A program made the position numbers and the translations under genes. Of a DNA stretch of 64,000 nt, positions 9,285 to 18,605 are shown piece after piece. The stretch covers positions 4,295-68,294 of the forward strand of contig DDZV01000044.1 of NCBI GenBank assembly GCA_002346475.1. Direction: 5' to 3'. Under the pieces are notes generated by a model. It ran no database searches, had not been told where the DNA came from, and saw nothing but the letters and a program-made list of their open reading frames with translations. The stretch comes from Acidobacteria bacterium UBA2999 (GTDB taxonomy: Bacteria > Acidobacteriota > Vicinamibacteria > Vicinamibacterales > UBA2999). Every line of letters begins with the position of its first letter. The first letter of the stretch is position 1.

Positions 9285-10133
9285 TCAAGGTATTGGTAGT
9301 CGGTCCTCAGGAATCCCCAACGCGAGACCCATCTCTCTTAGCTTCTGGTTGGCAAGACCCATGTTTCTTGACCCAAAGCGAAGATATTGTTTTTGTGCAT
9401 CTGTGAGGTTTTCAATCTCAGGGTTAGCAAAAATGTATCCAATACCTTGTCGATGAAGACTCACTGGGTCTTTGAGGATAGGTGTGTCGAGGAGACGTAT
9501 GATTGATTGCTCCAGTATTTGATCAAACGTTGTGTCTGGCGATCCGAGATCGAGATAAGCTTCATCGATACGAGGTTTTAGGGTTGCGTATAGGTTCACA
9601 GTCTTAACCGTATCTAAAGAACTAAATATTTCTGCGGTTAGGTCGTATCTTTTGTAACTAGTTGGGTCGAGCTGTAAGCTCCTGCCATCCTTGACAATAG
9701 AAAACTTTGAGGACGGACGTAGATACGATAGATGTGGTGCGGGTGTTATCCCTTCCGCTATGTTTGCAACGACGACAACAAACTGACGAATAAGATTATC
9801 TGTAATCAGCCATTTGTTTAATGACGGATGAGAGGACAGGTCGCCAAGAAGCTTTCTAACTAATGCATCGCTTTTATCCAATTCCGGGAGGGTGATTGGG
9901 TCGGCTACGCCACCGAGTGCCCCTAACGGTTCTTCCATTAGGACAGGCGGACTAGCCGTTTCGCCTTGTGTAGAGTTTGACCCTTGTTGACAACTGCGCA
10001 CAGTGTATCCAGCAATGCCTAGGAAGATTACGGCTACGACTATAATTAACCATGTCCTTGTACGCTTGTCTGCGTTAGAAGGAGGAGGAGTTCCCTCAGA
10101 TTTATATAATTGATGATCAGCAAAATCCTGCAT
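9285..10133 (-). CDS. DUF3014-like membrane-anchored protein
   Basis: Single TM (WLIIVVAVIFLGIAGY), then LPELDKSDALVRKLLGDL...LIRQFVVVVANIAEGITP, as I recall for DUF3014. Confidence 0.6.
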   Translation of the reverse strand: MQDFADHQLYKSEGTPPPSNADKRTRTWLIIVVAVIFLGIAGYTVRSCQQGSNSTQGETASPPVLMEEPLGALGGVADPITLPELDKSDALVRKLLGDLSSHPSLNKWLITDNLIRQFVVVVANIAEGITPAPHLSYLRPSSKFSIVKDGRSLQLDPTSYKRYDLTAEIFSSLDTVKTVNLYATLKPRIDEAYLDLGSPDTTFDQILEQSIIRLLDTPILKDPVSLHRQGIGYIFANPEIENLTDAQKQYLRFGSRNMGLANQKLREMGLALGIPEDRLPIP

Positions 10134-10312
10134 AGCTATCCTCTCGTTTCGATTTTTGGAAACGGGCAGTTCAGTGCCTACGGGCGATATGTTATGTCAT
10201 GCTTGCTTTGAAGTGTGAAGTTAACCTTCAATGCCAGAGTTTCGTTCGTGGAACAATACGTTTTTTGTGTTGACCGTGCAGCGGTCACCAGAATCTGAGA
10301 TTATGAGTCACT

Positions 10313-11731
10313 ATGGCTAGTCAGCTACACGGGTTCCTTTCTAGCGTGAATACTTGTTTCGACAGGGCTGCAAGCTTGACAGGCATACAGGAAGGTTTGC
10401 TTCAACAGGTTCGGGCTGTGAACAGTGTGTACAGAGTTCAATTCCCTGTAAGAGCAAAAACTGGAAGCATTTCTGTCGTAAATGCCTGGCGAGCTCAACA
10501 CAGTCACCACCGCCTTCCTGTGAAGGGTGGGATTCGCTTTAGCGAAAATGTCAATGAGGACGAGGTCACGGCACTTGCGGCACTTATGACTTACAAGTGT
10601 GCCATTGTTGATGTTCCGTTCGGTGGAGCTAAAGGTGCTGTACAGATTGATCCAAAAGCATACGATGTGGAAGAGCTTGAGCGAATCACACGTCGATACA
10701 CGCACGAACTTTCAAAGAAACAGTGTATTGGCCCTGGACTTGATGTTCCTGCACCTGATTACGGTACTGGTGAGCGTGAGATGGCATGGATTGCTGATAC
10801 TTATAAGGCACTTAATCAGGGTCGTATTGATGCAAATGCTTGTGTTACTGGGAAACCTGTTACGCAGGGTGGGATCCGTGGTCGACGTGAGGCTACCGGT
10901 CGTGGGCTTTTATTTGCTATCCAGGAGATTTGTGCACAGTCTGAGGACATGAAACCACTAGGCCTTGAACCAGGGCTTGCTGGAAAACGAATTATTGTTC
11001 AGGGATTGGGAAATGTTGGATATCACGTAGCAAAGTTTTGTCGTGAGAACGGTGCATTAGTAGTAGCGCTTGCCGAGAAAGAAGGGGCAATTTTTCAAGA
11101 CAGTGGACTAGATATAGACGTTGTCATGGCTCACCGTCAAGAAACAGGTACGATTCTTGGCTTTCCCGGTGCCACAGAAATACTACGTTCGTCCGATGCC
11201 TTAGAGTTGCCATGTGACATCCTTATACCGGCTGCCCTGGAGAATCAAATTACCAGTAACAATGCTGCACAGATTCAAGCGCGGATCGTGTTAGAGGCAG
11301 CGAACGGCCCAACAACACCTGATGCTGAAATTATGCTCAGAGAACGGAACGTTCTTGTCGTTCCAGATGTATATGCGAATGCGGGCGGTGTAACCGTATC
11401 CTATTTTGAATGGTTGAAGAATCTTTCCCATGTTCGTTTTGGCCGACTCGAAAAGCGCTATGAAGCAGCGGCAGGCGCACGCTTATTAAAGGCAATTGAA
11501 TCAGCTACAGACACAGAATTTACTAAGTCTCAGCGTGACACGTTTTTACACGATCTTGACGAGTTAGCCATTGTTAACTCTGGTTTAGAAGAAACGATGG
11601 TAACGGCGTACCATGAAATTCGAGAGGTGTGGAAACATGATTCAAATATATCTGATCTGCGGACAGCAGCATTTGTTGTAGCAATTCGAAAGGTGGCGAG
11701 GGCATACGTTGAGCTCGGAATTTTTCCCTAA
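10313..11731 (+). CDS. gdh: Glu/Leu/Phe/Val dehydrogenase (probable glutamate dehydrogenase)
   Basis: Catalytic-lysine block [10 protein letters not shown], Rossmann block [10 protein letters not shown] and conserved C-terminal [12 protein letters not shown]. Confidence 0.85.
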   Translation: MASQLHGFLSSVNTCFDRAASLTGIQEGLLQQVRAVNSVYRVQFPVRAKTGSISVVNAWRAQHSHHRLPVKGGIRFSENVNEDEVTALAALMTYKCAIVDVPFGGAKGAVQIDPKAYDVEELERITRRYTHELSKKQCIGPGLDVPAPDYGTGEREMAWIADTYKALNQGRIDANACVTGKPVTQGGIRGRREATGRGLLFAIQEICAQSEDMKPLGLEPGLAGKRIIVQGLGNVGYHVAKFCRENGALVVALAEKEGAIFQDSGLDIDVVMAHRQETGTILGFPGATEILRSSDALELPCDILIPAALENQITSNNAAQIQARIVLEAANGPTTPDAEIMLRERNVLVVPDVYANAGGVTVSYFEWLKNLSHVRFGRLEKRYEAAAGARLLKAIESATDTEFTKSQRDTFLHDLDELAIVNSGLEETMVTAYHEIREVWKHDSNISDLRTAAFVVAIRKVARAYVELGIFP

Positions 11732-11757
11732 GCTCATATCGAGTTGCTTATTTAAGC

Positions 11758-12783
11758 CTAAGATTTGACCGCTTCAGTTTCTTTTATCAAACCTAGTTCT
11801 TTGCGAACACGTGCTTCAATAGCATTTGACACGGTGGCATTTTCTTTGAGGAATTGTTTTGCTTTTTCGCGTCCTTGCCCTAAGCGCTCACCACCATAAG
11901 CAAACCAGGCTCCACTCTTTTCTACAATTTTGTGCTGGACAGCTAAGTCTAGGAGATCGCCTTCACGTGAAATACCTTCGCCGTACATAACATCGAACTC
12001 TGAGATGCGAAACGGAGGCGCCACCTTATTCTTGACAACTTTAACTCGGGTACGGCCACCAATAATCTGGTCGCCATCCTTGATGGCACCGATACGACGT
12101 ATGTCAACGCGCACCGACGCGTAAAATTTCAAAGCACGTCCGCCAGTTGTAGTTTCAGGATTTCCAAACATTACACCGATTTTTTCTCTGAGTTGATTAA
12201 TAAAAATTAAACAAGTTTTTGATTTGAGAACTGGGCCTGTCAGTTTACGCAGGGCCTGTGACATCAAACGAGCTTGTAGTCCCATTTGAGCATCGCCCAT
12301 ATCGCCTTCAATCTCTGTCCTAGGTACTAAGGCAGCAACGGAATCAACAACGACTACATCAAGACTATTTGACCGAGTCAATCGTTCGACGATTTCTAAA
12401 GCCTGTTCACCATAATCAGGTTGTGAAACAAGCAGATTGTCAATATCAACACCAAGCTTTTGTGCATACTGCGCATCAAGAGCATGTTCGGCATCGACGA
12501 ATGCAGCCATGCCGCCACTTTTTTGAGCTTGAGCTATTACTTCCAGTGCTAGAGTAGTTTTACCTGAAGACTCTGGACCGAAGATTTCAACAACTCGTCC
12601 ACGTGGCATTCCACCGACACCGAGTGCGGCATCAAGACTAATTGCGCCTGTGGGGATTGCGTCTATTGTTGAGGAACTTCGTTGGCCCAGACGCATAATC
12701 GAACCCTTCCCAAAGTCTTTTTCAATTTGGGTGAGGGCATTATCAAGAGCCTTCGTACGTTCTTTCTCTTCTGCGAGCGGCAT
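11758..12783 (-). CDS. recA: recombinase RecA
   Basis: [33 protein letters not shown] and Walker [16 protein letters not shown] lies 7 nt upstream of ATG 12783, so the ORF-track start at 12822 is an N-terminal over-extension. Confidence 0.97.
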   Translation of the reverse strand: MPLAEEKERTKALDNALTQIEKDFGKGSIMRLGQRSSSTIDAIPTGAISLDAALGVGGMPRGRVVEIFGPESSGKTTLALEVIAQAQKSGGMAAFVDAEHALDAQYAQKLGVDIDNLLVSQPDYGEQALEIVERLTRSNSLDVVVVDSVAALVPRTEIEGDMGDAQMGLQARLMSQALRKLTGPVLKSKTCLIFINQLREKIGVMFGNPETTTGGRALKFYASVRVDIRRIGAIKDGDQIIGGRTRVKVVKNKVAPPFRISEFDVMYGEGISREGDLLDLAVQHKIVEKSGAWFAYGGERLGQGREKAKQFLKENATVSNAIEARVRKELGLIKETEAVKS

Positions 12784-12838
12784 GGAAACTCCTTGGCGGG
12801 TGATAGTGGCCAATCTGATCACAAAGATACAATGTTAC

Positions 12839-12857
12839 TGTGACAGGAGAGGTCACA
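12839..12857. promoter_or_regulatory. perfect inverted repeat TGTGAC-N7-GTCACA about 55-75 nt upstream of recA (candidate operator)
   Basis: Read directly: tgtgac aggagag gtcaca. No known LexA-box consensus matched by eye. Confidence 0.3.
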
Positions 12858-12980
12858 ATCGCGCTTGATCCTAGAGTTGCACTAAACGAAAGTCAAACGA
12901 AAACATGTCATTGTTACGTCCTCTATCCTTTTTATCGAAAGGACTTACAAGGCTAGAAGTTTTTCGCATAATAGTTATTT

Positions 12981-14165
12981 TCAGAGACGTTCAATTGCTA
13001 CTGCAACACCATTGCCTCCACCTAAACAGAGCGTGGCAATACCTCGACTCACACCTTTTTGCTCAAGTGCGTGTAGTAATGTGATTAGGATTCTTGCACC
13101 GCTTGACCCAATTGCGTGTCCCAGTGCAATTGCTCCACCATTTACGTTAACTTTATTCGGATCAAGCTGAAGCTCTCGGATTACTGCAAGTGCCTGGACT
13201 GCAAAGGCCTCATTTAACTCAAAGAGATCGACGTCATCTATTTTCCAGTCAATCTTCTTGAGAAGTTGATTCACGGCATCAACTGGTGTCATTAGTACGT
13301 ACTTCGGTGCAAGACCACTTGTTGCCTGTCCCACGATCCGAGCTAGTGGCTTCAATTGAAGTGTAGCGGCACGGGTGGCAGCCATAATTACTAGAGCTGT
13401 CGCACCGTCATTAACCGGCGGGGCATTACCAGCAGTGACGGTCCCGTCATTTTTAAAGGCGGGTTTTAACGCGGCTAATTGATTTTGAGATGTGTCTGAA
13501 CGAATAGATTCGTCTCTATCAATAACTATTTTTTCTCCCTTGCGTGTAGCAGGGGACGATACAGGTAATATTTCTGTTTGAAAAAGCCCGTTAGCTGTTG
13601 CAGTGTTGGCTCGACGATGACTTTCCGCAGCGTATGCATCTTGAGCCTCTCGACTAATGTGTAGTTCAGATGCAATAACCTCTCCAGTATGTCCCATGTG
13701 GCAGTCTTCAAATGAGCACCAGAGTCCGTCGAGGGTCATGGAATCTAGAACTTCGCCGTGTCCAAGGCGAAAACCCTCACGGGCGCGATGTAGAAGATAG
13801 GGGCAATTGCTCATGGATTCCATTCCACCTGTGACTACGATGTCACAATCACTTACAGCGATTGCCTGTGCGCCTAACATTACAGCTTTAAGACCTGAAC
13901 CACAGACCTTGTTAATGGTTAACGCTGCGACATGTTCTCCAAGGCCGCCATGGATAGCGGCCTGCCGTGCTGGAGCTTGGCCAAGTCCGGCTGACACGAC
14001 ATTTCCCATGATGCATTCATTAACGCTCTCTGGGTCGATGCCAGCACGTTGTACTGCTTCACGTATTACCAGGGCTCCAAGTTGGGGTGCCGTAATTTTT
14101 TTTAGGCCACCTAGAAACTTTCCTGTTGGTGTTCTGACTCCTGAGACAATAACGGCATCACGCAT
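12981..14165 (-). CDS. acetyl-CoA C-acetyltransferase (thiolase II)
   Basis: [17 protein letters not shown] start, active-site NKVCGSGL, and C-terminal [13 protein letters not shown]. The ORF-track start at 14342 is an over-extension. Confidence 0.92.
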   Translation of the reverse strand: MRDAVIVSGVRTPTGKFLGGLKKITAPQLGALVIREAVQRAGIDPESVNECIMGNVVSAGLGQAPARQAAIHGGLGEHVAALTINKVCGSGLKAVMLGAQAIAVSDCDIVVTGGMESMSNCPYLLHRAREGFRLGHGEVLDSMTLDGLWCSFEDCHMGHTGEVIASELHISREAQDAYAAESHRRANTATANGLFQTEILPVSSPATRKGEKIVIDRDESIRSDTSQNQLAALKPAFKNDGTVTAGNAPPVNDGATALVIMAATRAATLQLKPLARIVGQATSGLAPKYVLMTPVDAVNQLLKKIDWKIDDVDLFELNEAFAVQALAVIRELQLDPNKVNVNGGAIALGHAIGSSGARILITLLHALEQKGVSRGIATLCLGGGNGVAVAIERL

Positions 14166-14460
14166 ATGGAGATGCTCCAGTTTGCTTAAGCACAACATCA
14201 AGTGAACGGACAACATTTTTACCAAGAAACGGAATAAGGCGACGACAGATAATTCCGGCAGATTTTTCAATTTCTCGTCGCCACGCAGATTCAGTAGTTT
14301 GGACACGTAGAATGTAGCCATCAAGTCGAACGGTTGTAGCACGGCTTAGAGTTATGCCCACAGCAAGTCGCCAGGCTAAAGCCACCTTTTCTTGGGTTAG
14401 CGGTGCTTTGCTAAGCACGGTTGCGAGGGCACCTGGAATTACTGATTGTGCGGGTAACAT
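14158..14460 (-). CDS. DUF721 (DciA-like) protein
   Basis: Pattern L..W...VG..l...t....l..g.L.V...s..W..E.......i..rl matches the DUF721 layout. Start is uncertain (14460 or 14496). It overlaps the thiolase start by 8 nt. Confidence 0.6.
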   Translation of the reverse strand: MLPAQSVIPGALATVLSKAPLTQEKVALAWRLAVGITLSRATTVRLDGYILRVQTTESAWRREIEKSAGIICRRLIPFLGKNVVRSLDVVLKQTGASPYA

Positions 14461-14487
14461 AATAGAGGTCAGGATACAGTTTACGCC

Positions 14488-15075
14488 ATGCTTCAACTTT
14501 TGCTTGCGTCTGCGTCTCCTCGCCGTGCTGACTTGTTGCGTACAGCTGGCTTTGGTTTTGAAGTTAAGCCAACTAGTGTGGACGAGAGCCTAAGGGCTAA
14601 TGAGTTGCCGGAGGCTTATGTCAAACGCTTAGCTGAAGCAAAAGCAACCGCTGTTATTGAGTTTGCAGGGAATCGTGCTGTTGTAGGTGCAGATACAGTT
14701 GTTGTTGTGAATGAAGAAATACTTGGGAAACCAACTAATCCAGGTGATGCATCAAGAATGCTACGTCTTTTGTCAGGCCGAGATCACGACGTTGTCACAG
14801 GGCTGACAGTTATTGGCCCACCGCTGGCTAAACAAGAGCGCTTGCGTCTTACAAGTTTCACTAGAACACGAGTCAAGATGGCAACTCTTTCTGAGTCTGA
14901 AATAGAATGGTATGTTGCGACAGGTGAACCGTTAGACAAGGCTGGGGCTTATGCGATACAGGGTGTGGCCTCTCGTTTTATTACCAATATTGAGGGTTCA
15001 TATACAAATGTCGTCGGTTTGCCAATCTCGCTGGTGTATTCCATGCTTAAGAAGGTAGTATCTGTTACCAGTTGA
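14488..15075 (+). CDS. maf: Maf-family nucleoside triphosphate pyrophosphatase
   Basis: LLLASASPRRADLL, GADTVV, KAGAYAIQG. Confidence 0.9.
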   Translation: MLQLLLASASPRRADLLRTAGFGFEVKPTSVDESLRANELPEAYVKRLAEAKATAVIEFAGNRAVVGADTVVVVNEEILGKPTNPGDASRMLRLLSGRDHDVVTGLTVIGPPLAKQERLRLTSFTRTRVKMATLSESEIEWYVATGEPLDKAGAYAIQGVASRFITNIEGSYTNVVGLPISLVYSMLKKVVSVTS

Positions 15076-15096
15076 ACAGCGGGTTATCTAGGCGCA

Positions 15097-15125
15097 TTGA
15101 CCTAACTGATTTTGCCGGATATTCT
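15097..15125 (+). promoter_or_regulatory. sigma70-like promoter candidate for the ccm cluster (TTGACC-17 nt-TATTCT)
   Basis: Hexamers and 17-nt spacer read directly, about 30 nt upstream of the ccmE ATG. Confidence 0.35.
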
Positions 15126-15154
15126 TAACAGGTAAATATTGAAGGTTTTTACCT

Positions 15155-15574
15155 ATGAAACATAAAGCCGTTCGTCTTGGTATCACAAGTTTAGTCTTGG
15201 CTCTTGCTTTTGGGGGACTCATGTACTCCACCTTAAGTGAGGGTACTGAGTATTACAAACACGTCGACGAGGTTATGGTCGATCCAGAGCCTTGGCAGGG
15301 CAAACGTCTTCAACTTCACGGTTTTGCTAGTGATGTTCGACGGAAGCCAAATACACTCGAGTACAGATTTGATGTACACAACAATGGCCACATGGTACGA
15401 GCTACTTATACTGGAGTTGTACCGGATACGTTTAAAGACGGGGCTGAAGTTGTGCTGAAAGGTTCTCTCAGTCCAGAAGGTTTTCATGTCGTGGAAGATG
15501 GTGTGATGGCTAAGTGTCCGTCAAAGTACGAGCCTGGTGCAGTCGGTGCACCGGTTGTGTCTGGCAGTGAGTGA
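15155..15574 (+). CDS. ccmE: cytochrome c maturation haem chaperone CcmE, Cys variant (CxxxY instead of HxxxY)
   Basis: N-terminal TM anchor plus OB-fold-like body. The C-terminal VMAKCPSKYEP aligns with E. coli VLAKHDENYTP, with Cys at the haem-binding His position (nt 15515-15517). Confidence 0.85.
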   Translation: MKHKAVRLGITSLVLALAFGGLMYSTLSEGTEYYKHVDEVMVDPEPWQGKRLQLHGFASDVRRKPNTLEYRFDVHNNGHMVRATYTGVVPDTFKDGAEVVLKGSLSPEGFHVVEDGVMAKCPSKYEPGAVGAPVVSGSE

Positions 15575-15577
15575 TCC

Positions 15578-18052
15578 GTGGCGGCACTCGGGTCCTATCT
15601 GCTCTTGGCCGCATTTGTCACCTGTGCTTACGCAGCTGCCGCCTCAGTTGCAGGTGCTCGGAGACGATCCCAACGTTTAATTGAAAGCGGAGTCGGCGCA
15701 TTCTATCTTGTGTCGGCCATTATGACCGTAGCCAGCGGTGTAATTATCCACGCCTTTGTTACTGGCAATTACTCTATCAAGTACGTCCAACGTTATTCAG
15801 ATCTTGCATTACCTTTGTTTTACAAAATTACATCCTATTGGGGTGGGTTGGATGGCTCGATTATGTTTTGGGTATTTATGCTGTCGCTTTTTGGCAGCGC
15901 GGCCGTATATCTAAATCGTGAACGTCATCGAGAATTGATTCCGTACGTTGTGGCAGTTATTGCTGTTGTCCAAATGTTTTTTCTATTTTTGACGGTAGTT
16001 CACAACAATCCTTTCTCCACCTTTCTCACTGAAACGCATAGCGATGGGCAGGGTTTGAATCCATTGCTTCAGAATTTTTATATGGTCATTCATCCTCCGA
16101 CCATGTATCTCGGTTTTGTCGGCCTGACAATACCATTTGCTTTTGGTATGGCTGCGCTCATCACGGGGTTTCTTGATGACTCGTGGCTTCGCGCAGTTCG
16201 TCGTTGGACGATGGTGTCGTGGTTGCTCCTGTCACTCGGGCTTGGCCTCGGGATGATTTGGGCTTACGAAGAGCTTGGCTGGGGTGGTTATTGGGGATGG
16301 GATCCTGTTGAAAATGCAGGTTCACTACCGTGGTTTACTGCCACGGCCTTTTTACATTCGGTCTATGCTCAGGAACGTCGAGGAATGTTACGGGTTTGGA
16401 ACGTCAGTCTTGTGATTTTGACGTTTTTCTTGACAATCTTTGGCACTTTTATGACTCGGTCTGGAATTGTTCAGTCTGTTCACGCTTTTGGTGAAAACCC
16501 AGAATTAACACGTTTATTTACTTACTTTATGCTGACAATTTTAATCGTCAGTTTTGGGTTTGTGATCTATCGACTGCCACTTTTACGGTCGAGTAACGAG
16601 CTAGATTCGTGGTTGTCGAGGGAAGCAGCTTTTTTAGTTAACAACTGGATACTGTTGTTTGCTGCACTCTTTATTATGTTCGGGACATTATTCCCAACCA
16701 TAACCGAAGCAATTACTGGTGACCGTATTACCGTTGGCCCACCATTTTTTAACACATGGATGATTCCAATTGGGATTGCTCTTCTCTTTCTAACTGGGTT
16801 TGGCCCATTGCTCGCATGGCGTAAGTCAACACTTATAAACTTGCGCGATCAATTTCTGTTTCCTGCTGCGTTTGCGTTGTTGGTTTCAGGTGTCATGGTT
16901 GCACTGGGCGTAAGGGTTTGGGTTTCTGGCATTTGTTTTGCGCTCTGTGCATTTGTAATGGGCACGATCCTTCTGGAATTTTGGAGAGGTGTACGCGTTC
17001 GGCAAAGCAATACCGGCACTGATTTATTTACAGCGCTGATTGGTTTAGTAGCACGTAACAAACGTCGTTACGGTGGCTATATCGTACACCTTGGGATTGT
17101 CGTTATATTCTTTGGGTTTGCTGGAGAAGGATTCAAGCAAAGCGAAACGGTTTTAATGAGTCCCGGACAGCAAGTGACTGTTCGAGATTTTACAATCAGA
17201 CTAGATACGTTAAGTGTTACGGAAGATGCTCGCAAGCAGGCAGTAACGGCAAGTGTCAGTGTTTTCCGTGATGGTGCTGAGATTGACACCATGTACCCAG
17301 CTAAATGGTATTTCAATAAACATGAAGATCAGCCAACGACAGAAGTGGCTATCCGGCGGACGTTTTCTGAAGATCTTTATATAGTTCTTGCAACAGGTGG
17401 GCCTGATGAGGTCGCGTCACAGTCGCCCACACTTGAGATTGTTGTGAATCCACTTGTAAATTGGATTTGGCTTGGTTTCGGCATTATGGCCTTGGGTATT
17501 GGGGTTGCAATGTTGCCAGAGCAAGTGTTCTCATTTGTCACGAATAGTGTTCCAGCCGGTGCGACTACGACGTCAATGTTGGTGATGACATTAGTATTAT
17601 GGCCAGTGTCTTTAGTTGCACAAGGAGGTCAAGAGGTTCAGCCGATTCAAAAGAGCGAGTTGCAGCGGACCCTAGAAGGGGACATTCTGTGTTCTTGTGG
17701 ATGTCGCCGTCCACTAAATGATTGCGGGATGGCTAACTGTCATGGTCGTGACGCACAAACTGCGAAGCTTCGCCAGTTTCTCGATGAAGGTAAAGATCGA
17801 AATGAGGTCATTGCTGCTTTTGTTGAAGAATTTGGTGATCAGTCACTGTTAGCAGCTCCGATTGATCGTGGTTTTAATCGTTTGGCTTGGTTGTTCCCGT
17901 ACCTTGTTGGCACGGGAGGATTATTAGCAATCTTGATAACGATGGGGCGTTGGTCGAGACGTCCCCGTACTGCGCTTAGTGGTACAACAGACTTAGAAGT
18001 TGATGCTGAATTAAACGTCCGTCTTGATGATGAGCTCAGAAACCTCGACTGA
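15578..18052 (+). CDS. ccmF: CcmF haem lyase fused to a C-terminal CcmH-like domain
   Basis: 824 aa with many TM segments and the WWD block WGGYWGWDPVENA. The C-terminal ~140 aa (LCSCGCRRPLNDCGMANCHG...GKDRNEVIAAFVEEFGDQSLLAAP...TM) resembles CcmH/NrfF, with CSCGC in place of LRCxxC. Confidence 0.85.
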   Translation: MAALGSYLLLAAFVTCAYAAAASVAGARRRSQRLIESGVGAFYLVSAIMTVASGVIIHAFVTGNYSIKYVQRYSDLALPLFYKITSYWGGLDGSIMFWVFMLSLFGSAAVYLNRERHRELIPYVVAVIAVVQMFFLFLTVVHNNPFSTFLTETHSDGQGLNPLLQNFYMVIHPPTMYLGFVGLTIPFAFGMAALITGFLDDSWLRAVRRWTMVSWLLLSLGLGLGMIWAYEELGWGGYWGWDPVENAGSLPWFTATAFLHSVYAQERRGMLRVWNVSLVILTFFLTIFGTFMTRSGIVQSVHAFGENPELTRLFTYFMLTILIVSFGFVIYRLPLLRSSNELDSWLSREAAFLVNNWILLFAALFIMFGTLFPTITEAITGDRITVGPPFFNTWMIPIGIALLFLTGFGPLLAWRKSTLINLRDQFLFPAAFALLVSGVMVALGVRVWVSGICFALCAFVMGTILLEFWRGVRVRQSNTGTDLFTALIGLVARNKRRYGGYIVHLGIVVIFFGFAGEGFKQSETVLMSPGQQVTVRDFTIRLDTLSVTEDARKQAVTASVSVFRDGAEIDTMYPAKWYFNKHEDQPTTEVAIRRTFSEDLYIVLATGGPDEVASQSPTLEIVVNPLVNWIWLGFGIMALGIGVAMLPEQVFSFVTNSVPAGATTTSMLVMTLVLWPVSLVAQGGQEVQPIQKSELQRTLEGDILCSCGCRRPLNDCGMANCHGRDAQTAKLRQFLDEGKDRNEVIAAFVEEFGDQSLLAAPIDRGFNRLAWLFPYLVGTGGLLAILITMGRWSRRPRTALSGTTDLEVDAELNVRLDDELRNLD

Positions 18053-18605
18053 TCGCTCAGTGACTTCAATTCGTTCTAACGATCGACTCCAGCCCTGGCA
18101 ACTATTTTTGTTAGCAGCACTTGTCGGTGCAACAACTATTGTTGTAAACATACAAGGTTCAGGTCCTGCAGGAGCTGTTGTCTTGAGTTTGACAGTTGGC
18201 GCTGTAGCGTTTACAGCACTTGCTGTATTGCGGACAATTGCTCCGTTAATGGGTCTTGGAAATTATAGGTCGGAAATCCTTGGTGGTCGCACTAAGGTGG
18301 CACTGGAACGCGAGAAGACACTTGTCTTACGATCAATTAAAGATCTTGAGTTTGACCGAGCTATGGGCAAAGTGGCTGAACAGGACTTTCTTGACATGGC
18401 GGCCCGGTTACGTACGCGTGCGGCAGGTCTGTTGTTGCAGTTAGATCAGGGTACGAGTTATCGGCAAGAGATTGAGCATGAATTAGCTCGTCGGCTTGGT
18501 CAAGTTAAGGCGGATCGAAAAGCAGGCCTCTGCAGAGCATGCAAAATGACAAACGATGTTGACGCAAAGTTTTGTAAGAGTTGTGGAAAAAAGTTGGAGT
18601 TGTAA
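18024..18605 (+). CDS. uncharacterised membrane protein: 2 TM + coiled-coil module + C-terminal zinc ribbon
   Basis: TM helices LFLLAALVGATTIVV and VVLSLTVGAVAFTALAVL. Then REKTLVLRSIKDLEFDRAMGKVAEQDFLDMAARLRTRAAGLLLQLD, and CRACKMTNDVDAKFCKSCGKKL. Start is uncertain (ATG 18024 overlapping ccmF, or GTG 18060). Confidence 0.6.
   Translation: MMMSSETSTDRSVTSIRSNDRLQPWQLFLLAALVGATTIVVNIQGSGPAGAVVLSLTVGAVAFTALAVLRTIAPLMGLGNYRSEILGGRTKVALEREKTLVLRSIKDLEFDRAMGKVAEQDFLDMAARLRTRAAGLLLQLDQGTSYRQEIEHELARRLGQVKADRKAGLCRACKMTNDVDAKFCKSCGKKLEL

Noticed and set aside
12784-14342. Long N-terminal extensions in the ORF track for recA (12822) and thiolase (14342), and similar ones for the PQQ-like, MBL-like, bfr, ferredoxin, RsbW-like, bioF and ccmD-like ORFs
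   Set aside because: Internal ATGs with SD sequences, signal peptides or family-typical N-termini give better starts. The extensions overlap neighbouring genes.
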